A stretch of 58,887 nt of DNA from Armatimonadota bacterium (GTDB lineage Bacteria > Armatimonadota > Fimbriimonadia > Fimbriimonadales > GBS-DC): NCBI GenBank assembly GCA_037445735.1, contig JBBIJY010000018.1, positions 1 to 58,887 on the forward strand, read 5' to 3'. Of the stretch, positions 53,336 to 58,887 are shown piece by piece. The position numbers and the translations under genes were made by a program. Below the pieces are notes generated by a model. That model searched no databases. It was given only the letters and a program-made list of their open reading frames with translations, and was not told the DNA's origin. Position 1 is the stretch's first letter; every line of letters begins with the position of its first letter.

Positions 53336-53660
53336 CTTTGAGCAGGCGCGTGATGCGATCTGCCTGGCGCAGCGACGGGTCATCCACAAACTGCAGGCGC
53401 GGAATACGCTTCAGATGCAACCGCTTGCCTAATAGCCCCTTGATATAGCCAGAGGCACGCTGCAGGCTCTCAATCACATTCTGCCGATGCGCCTCATCGC
53501 CCAGAATGCTCACATACACCGTCGCGTGGGAGAGGTCCCGCGCGATTTTGACGCCCGTGATGGTCGCCAGCCCGCGATGCTCGTCCTGCAGGTCGCGCAA
53601 AAGAACCTGACTGATCTCCTCCGTCAACAGCGATTCCAGTCGTTCCAATCGTCCGCCCAT
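53328..53660 (-). CDS. rbfA: Ribosome-binding factor A
   Basis: TITGVKIARDLSHATVYVS, ASGYIK..LGKRLHLKRIPRLQFVDD. Confidence 0.95.
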   Translation of the reverse strand: MGGRLERLESLLTEEISQVLLRDLQDEHRGLATITGVKIARDLSHATVYVSILGDEAHRQNVIESLQRASGYIKGLLGKRLHLKRIPRLQFVDDPSLRQADRITRLLKDG

Positions 53661-53676
53661 CGGCGTCCTCCTGTTC

Positions 53677-53964
53677 TCACAGCAGTTCGATCTGGCTCTC
53701 TATAAGAGAGATACGGCTTTCGACGGCGAGGCGTTCCAGCACGATGTCCAGCGTCCGATTCACATGCTCGGTGCGGTTGCCCACGCAGGCAATCGCGAGG
53801 CAGGCACGCTGGTGCTTGTCATGGTGATCCACCTCGGCAATCGCGAGATTGAACTCGTTGCGCAGGCGCACCATCAGGCTCTGCAACACCTGCCGCTTCT
53901 CCTTGAGCGATTGGCAGCCGCCGATGTACAGTTCGACGGTCAGCAGTCCCACTCGTGCCGCCAT
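53677..53964 (-). CDS. ylxP: DUF503 / YlxP family protein
   Basis: VGLLTVELYI..CQSLKEKRQVL...FNLAIAEVDHHDKHQRA. Confidence 0.9.
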   Translation of the reverse strand: MAARVGLLTVELYIGGCQSLKEKRQVLQSLMVRLRNEFNLAIAEVDHHDKHQRACLAIACVGNRTEHVNRTLDIVLERLAVESRISLIESQIELL

Positions 53965-54018
53965 CTCACGCCTATTGTACCCCGTCGGGTATACTGGCAT
54001 GGAAGGGGTTGAGAGCCG

Positions 54019-55941
<1,923 letters not shown>

Positions 55942-55949
55942 GCTGATGA

Positions 55950-56142
55950 CCCCCCTCACCCGTACCCTCTCCCCCAGAGGGGGAGAGGAATTGTGCAGAC
56001 CCCTCCCCCAGAGGGGGAGAGGAATTGTGCAGACCCCTCCCCCAGAGGGGGAGAGGAATTGTGCAGACCCCTCCCCCAGAGGGGGAGAGGAATTGTGCAG
56101 ACCCCTCTCCCACAGCGTGGGAGAGGGGCTGGGGGTGAGGGG
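55950..56142. repeat. Palindromic element containing four tandem 34-bp units
   Basis: Unit CCCCTCCCCCAGAGGGGGAGAGGAATTGTGCAGA at ~55965, 56000, 56034, 56068; termini CCCCTCACCC / GGGTGAGGGG. Confidence 0.92.
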
Positions 56143-56182
56143 TTTCTCGCAGGCGTGAGACACTTGGCTCCCTCACACCCGT

Positions 56183-56220
56183 GCCCTTTCGCCTGATGCT
56201 TCGGGCGAGGGGCTTTTGTT
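56183..56220 (+). terminator. Probable intrinsic terminator downstream of infB
   Basis: GCCCTTTCGCCTGA-tgct-TCGGGCGAGGGGC followed by TTTTGTT. Confidence 0.6.
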
Positions 56221-56298
56221 GATTGCGGGGCGTTTCAGCAGCCGTAGCAGGGGCATCCTGCCCCTGCTCCTTCGTAGCATGGGTATACTTGCGCTCTG

Positions 56299-57768
56299 AT
56301 GAGAGGGCGATACTGGCTCGCAGGGTTGGCTGGCTTGTGGCTGATCGTGGGTGTGCTGGCGCAGCCGCCTGAAAAGATAGAGAAGCGCATTGCGCCCCAT
56401 GTGGTGCTGTTTCAGGAGGTCAGCACGGAGCCGCTGCTGGTGGCATCAGGCTTGCGCATCACACCCTCACGCTCGGTGCGCCTGGTGGCAGCGCTGGGCA
56501 ACGATGTGGTGCTGGAGGACGAACCCGCGCGTGGGCGGGAGGTGGTCAGTCGCGCGGCGTGGCGCCATCGTGCGCTCGCCGCCATCAATGCCGACTTCTT
56601 TCCCTTCACGGGCGACCCGCTGGGACTGTGCATTATTGGAGGCGAAATCGTGAGCGAGCCGTTCCCGAACCGCCCCGCCGTCGGCTGGACCGTGCGCGGC
56701 AGGGTGGTGATGGGCGCGCCTGAACTGGACGCCGAAGTAACCCGCGCCGACGGGCAACGCTTCGCGCTCACAGGAATCAACCGCCCTGTGAGGGCAAACG
56801 GTGATCTGGTGCTGTTCACCAGCTTCTTCGGCGCGAATGCTCAGTCAGAGGCGGCGGGCACGGCGGTTGTGCTGGATTTACTGCAGCGTCCGCTGCGAGT
56901 GGGCAGCACGGTGCAGGCGGTCGTGCGCTCTGTGTTGACTAATCTGAACAGCGTGCCGATCCCCTTCACGGGCGGCGTGCTGATGGGCACGGGCGAAGCG
57001 AGCCAGTTCCTGCAATCGCTGCAGGCGGGTCAGAGGGTGCAGATTCGCATCGATTTGCGCGGGGAGGGCGCACCTGAATGGCGCGAGGTGTCGGAAGCCG
57101 TCGCGGGCGGACCGTGGCTGGTGCGTGACGGTAAACCGGTGGTCGCCGAAGAAGCAGCGCGCGCGGGCTTCAACAGCGGGTTCATCGAGCGGCGCCATCC
57201 GCGCACGGCGGTCGGACGCACGGCGAAGGGCGAACTCCTCTGGCTGGTGGTGGACGGACGCCAGGCGCACAGTCAGGGTGCCAGCCTGACTGAACTGGCG
57301 CAACTGATGCTGCGCTACGGTGCCATCGAAGCCATCAATCTCGATGGGGGCGGTTCCACCACGCTGGTGGCGTACAATCTGGTGCTGAATAGCCCATCGG
57401 ACGGCAACGAGCGCCCTGTGGCGAATATGCTGCTGCTGTTCGATGACAGCCTGCGCACTGCACTGCCGCGTGAGACCTATCGCATCGAGCCTTCAGCCGC
57501 CACGCTGAAAGTGGGCGAGCAGGTGCGCTTCCGACTCTGGCGCGGGCGCGAGCCTGTCTCCACCTGGGACGCTCTCTGGGGCTGCAACAGCGGGCTGGGC
57601 TTCATCGACCAGTGGGGGCGATTCACCGCGCTTCGCCCCGGACAGGGCACGATCAGCGTCTATATCGACCATCAGTGGCTACAGGTGCCGATTACGGTGG
57701 AAGCACCGTCGCCGCCTGCAGAACCCAATAAAAATGGAGGCGCCGGTGGGAATCGAACCCACGAATAG
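56299..57768 (+). CDS. Secreted phosphodiester glycosidase (NAGPA-like) family protein with C-terminal Ig-like domain
   Basis: AAINADFF, RHPRTAVG, VVDGRQ, AINLDGGGSTT, ERPVAN. Confidence 0.9.
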   Translation: MRGRYWLAGLAGLWLIVGVLAQPPEKIEKRIAPHVVLFQEVSTEPLLVASGLRITPSRSVRLVAALGNDVVLEDEPARGREVVSRAAWRHRALAAINADFFPFTGDPLGLCIIGGEIVSEPFPNRPAVGWTVRGRVVMGAPELDAEVTRADGQRFALTGINRPVRANGDLVLFTSFFGANAQSEAAGTAVVLDLLQRPLRVGSTVQAVVRSVLTNLNSVPIPFTGGVLMGTGEASQFLQSLQAGQRVQIRIDLRGEGAPEWREVSEAVAGGPWLVRDGKPVVAEEAARAGFNSGFIERRHPRTAVGRTAKGELLWLVVDGRQAHSQGASLTELAQLMLRYGAIEAINLDGGGSTTLVAYNLVLNSPSDGNERPVANMLLLFDDSLRTALPRETYRIEPSAATLKVGEQVRFRLWRGREPVSTWDALWGCNSGLGFIDQWGRFTALRPGQGTISVYIDHQWLQVPITVEAPSPPAEPNKNGGAGGNRTHE

Positions 57769-57810
57769 AGGCTTTGCAGGCCTCCCCCTTGGCCACTTGG
57801 GTACGGCGCC
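57735..57810 (-). tRNA. tRNA-Cys (GCA)
   Basis: Reverse complement GGCGCCGTACCCAAGTGGCCAAGGGGGAGGCCTGCAAAGCCTCTATTCGTGGGTTCGATTCCCACCGGCGCCTCCA: acceptor stem, GCA anticodon, TTCGA loop, encoded CCA. Confidence 0.96.
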
Positions 57811-57881
57811 TCTCAATCTGGTCATATTATACCCCATTTATACCCCATCACACGCCGATGAGTCAAGGGGTCAGGGAGGGT

Positions 57882-58887
57882 TTACGGCTTACCCGTCTCG
57901 TTCGGAACAGGCTCACGCTCAGGGCGATAATGAATCCCCCGCTCCTTCGGCTGACCGTAGAGTTCAGGGTGGAGGTACTTGCCCTTGATCGCGTCCTCCT
58001 TCTCCTGCTCCGTCTGGTAGCCGTACCGCTGCACCCACAGGTCATTGCGGATGGCTTCCACGCGCCAGAACACCTTCTTGCCTGGCGCACCGCCCGCTAT
58101 CTTGAAGCGATTGTTCTGGATTTCCACAGCGACATGCAGGTTCGGCATCGGCGTGCCTACAGGTGTGAGGCTGATGGTCGGGTCACGGTTGATGGCTTCA
58201 AAGTAATCGGGCAGTTGTACCCACGCTTCGCCGCGCGCGTCCAGCATCACCGTGCCCCGATAGAGGTTGTAGGGTTCGGGACCTTCGGCGCAGAAGTGGT
58301 TCAGGTAGTGGGTTTCGGGGCGGAGCGGGTGGTCAATCTGGAACAACTTGGTGCCGGTGGAGCCGATGGTTCCAGCGGCAAAGACGGCATGTCCTGCTCC
58401 ACCAGAGGGTTCCTCTCCGCGCACGCCATAGGCGGTGGAATCGGAGCTGTTCGTTTCACCCCACACGCCCTAGGCGCTGCCGCTGGTGGCGATTGCCCTG
58501 CCGAGCACGCCTATGCCAGCGGTGCTGGTGCTTTGCCCAAACACGCCGCGGGTGCCGCCACTGGTGGCAGTTGCCAAGCCGACCACACCCATGCCAGAAG
58601 TGCTGGCGCTTTGCCCAAACACGCCGAAGGTAAGACCGCTGGTGGCGGTTGCCTCGCCGAACACACCCATGCCACGGGGGCTACGGCTCAACCCATACAC
58701 GCCGTAAGTAAACCCACTGGTGGCGGTTGCCTCGCCGTACACGCCTGTGCCAGAAGTGCTGGCACTTTGCCCCCACACGCCGATGGCAGGACCACTGGTG
58801 GCGGTATGAAACCCAGAAATGGCTCGGACATGCGTGTTCGCTTCCACATGCAGCCGATATCAAGGACTGCTCGTCCCAATCCCGACA
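57882..58887 (-). pseudogene. Gly-rich repeat (GVxG) fibre/adhesin-like protein with two in-frame stops; open at window edge
   Basis: VGIGTSSP*YRLHVE (TGA 58862-58860); ~26-aa repeats GVxGQSASTSGxGVxGxATATSG; SGSA*GVWG (TAG 58472-58470); C-terminal FQIDHPLRPETHYLNHFCAEGPEP domain, all in one frame. Confidence 0.82.

Noticed and set aside
55965-56101. 34-bp tandem repeats as a CRISPR array
   Set aside because: Units are contiguous and identical with no unique spacers; they belong to an interspersed palindrome family also at 42834-42915

Overview
GC-rich bacterial chromosomal segment, most likely a thermophilic Armatimonadota. This assignment is inferred from the dockerin-like DxNxDGxVDDADLLxVLFxFG tails, PEP-CTERM and prepilin/H-X9-DG proteins; no rRNA is present to confirm it. 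The backbone is intact housekeeping genes: purEK, miaA-hfq-dapF, rlmN, flhA, flagellin, serS, rbfA/ylxP, infB and tRNA-Cys. Accessory blocks include an Rhs toxin tip with a likely immunity gene, a frameshifted DNA methyltransferase with an upstream gene remnant, a LacI-controlled pilin/GH16/dockerin operon, three tandem Uma2 nucleases, a GDP-mannose-dehydrogenase/GT4 cluster and a decayed repeat-protein gene. The most striking region is about 10.7-16.3 kb. An AT-richer island there truncates ltaE and carries a poly-G-gated Ig-like/NlpC-P60 gene. That gene is knocked out by a perfect 30-bp duplication flanking a 36-bp foreign insert, i.e. a repeat-spacer-repeat structure inside a CDS. Two kb downstream lies a solitary canonical 30-bp CRISPR repeat (GTTTGTAGCCTACCTCTGAGGGATTGAAAC) inside another broken gene. 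Together these look like natural off-target CRISPR adaptation scars, although no cas genes or true array are in the window.
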